DNA from: Takakia lepidozioides
Taxonomy: Eukaryota > Plantae > Bryophyta
Reading direction: 5' to 3'
Assembly: GCA_030704615.1 (NCBI GenBank)
Contig: CM060733.1
Coordinates: 9,982,001-10,046,000 of the forward strand
DNA: 64,000 nucleotides
Part shown: positions 62,626-64,000 of the stretch, piece by piece
Position numbering within the stretch: the first letter of the stretch is position 1
How the letters are laid out: each line of letters starts with the position of its first letter
The notes under the pieces: model-generated
What the model saw: only the letters and a program-made list of their open reading frames with translations
What the model was told of the DNA's origin: nothing
The model's database searches: none
Program-made: the position numbers and the translations under genes

Positions 62626-64000
62626 CCAGTTTTTGGTTGCTCATGTGCATGACATGGGTCTACGAATACTCTACTCTGGCCTGCACGAAGCCTACTGTTA
62701 GCATATGTCTACTGTAGAATACAAGTAGACTAGGCTATCGTGGTTTTTCAGAATTGCCGAATTCAACATAATTGGATAAGAAATGAAAATTTCCATTCAG
62801 AATCGAATTTGAATGGGAAGAAATGCATCAACTAACGCTTGATTTGGGGATCAAGAAAACGGTTGAGAAATAAACATCTGGGCATTTCCGAAACCACTGT
62901 CCTCAATAAACCACCACAATGAACAAAACAAGCAATACAACCAGCACGGTAATTTCCCGCCACCCTAAACCATTACCCTAATCGACCAGAACAAGCACAC
63001 ATAAACCCAATTGCACACAAAACCACCACACAAAACCACCATACAAACCATCGGTGAATTGAAAAACAACAGTGAAGCAATGACTCAGGAATGCACTGAA
63101 GCACAGAATGGAGCAGGAGTGAAATGAATTGACAGAGAATGAAACAGCATTGAAGCAAACAACAAAGCAAACAATGAAACAGAAACCTAATGTGCACTAA
63201 AGCACGGACTGAAGCACGGACTGAAGCACTGAAGACGGTGCAGTGCAGCAGAGAATGAACCAAGATCAAAACGAATTGAATCTTGAACATGCCACATGAA
63301 TCGAGAGCGGGCCAACACAAAACTGAGAACAGGCCAACACATGAATTCAGAACAGGCTAACACAAAACGTGAAACAGAAGACGAAAAGAGGGAGTTTTTA
63401 ATTCTGTATTTGCTTGTGCCGGCCATTTTGGTGCCCCTGCAACCACAGTCCTTCGTTTGATACTCTCTTCCGCACCTCCGCCTGCCGGTAATTGCACTGT
63501 GCTCTCGCCTCTACACTCGTCAATCTCCACTCGCCACTGTCCGGTCTCTCCTCCCCGCTCTTCAAATTTTGCCTATTTCACTCTCTCACCTTTCACCCTC
63601 TCCTCTCTCTGCACTCGGCCAAGTCTACTCTTTCTCTCCACGCTCCAGTGTCCAGTCGCTGCAAAACGAGCTCCAAAACTCTTCTCTTTCACGCTCTCCT
63701 CTCTCAACTGTTAAGCTTTCACTCGCGCAGCGCTTACGCGTAGAAAATGGGAAGCCCAAAGGTTGGGCTCAAAGAGCGCACCCCTTATAAGCGACCTTCA
63801 AGGATGATCTGAACCATCGTCTCCGTCCGAAATCGACTATCTAATAAATTTGTGTTTGGTTGTAACAGAAGACATCCTACACCACCAGATTGCGTCCCAG
63901 GATTGATTGGAGATATTTGTGGCGCATTCGTATGCCGAAAGTCCTCACATTTCAAAACTGAGCATATCGCTATTTTTGAGCTTAACCCAGAGGTGACAGA

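Overview
Eukaryotic nuclear DNA from a land plant, most likely a non-seed plant such as a bryophyte. This is inferred from GT-AG introns, a PLS-DYW PPR gene and the transposon families present. Five host genes look intact: a NYN ribonuclease with three LOTUS/OST-HTH domains (-), a DEDD 3'-5' exonuclease with a KH domain (-), a Bax-inhibitor/LIFEGUARD protein (+), a TPD1-like secreted Cys-rich protein (-) and a PLS-E-DYW RNA-editing PPR (+). Host-gene relics include a kinase-less SnRK1 pseudogene, a separated F-box fragment and F-box-associated propeller ORF, and two degenerate PPR duplicates. Mobile DNA is dense: a TTAA-flanked piggyBac-type non-autonomous element, a ~9 kb decayed L1 LINE, MITEs, a Gypsy LTR plus gag, and a Copia fragment. 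Two elements stand out. One is a retroelement remnant encoding an aspartic protease fused in-frame to a C5-cytosine DNA methyltransferase. The other is a Sola-like DNA transposon in which the same 24-bp palindrome sits a nearly fixed distance upstream of predicted 3' splice sites. All exon models were built by hand and no database search was run.
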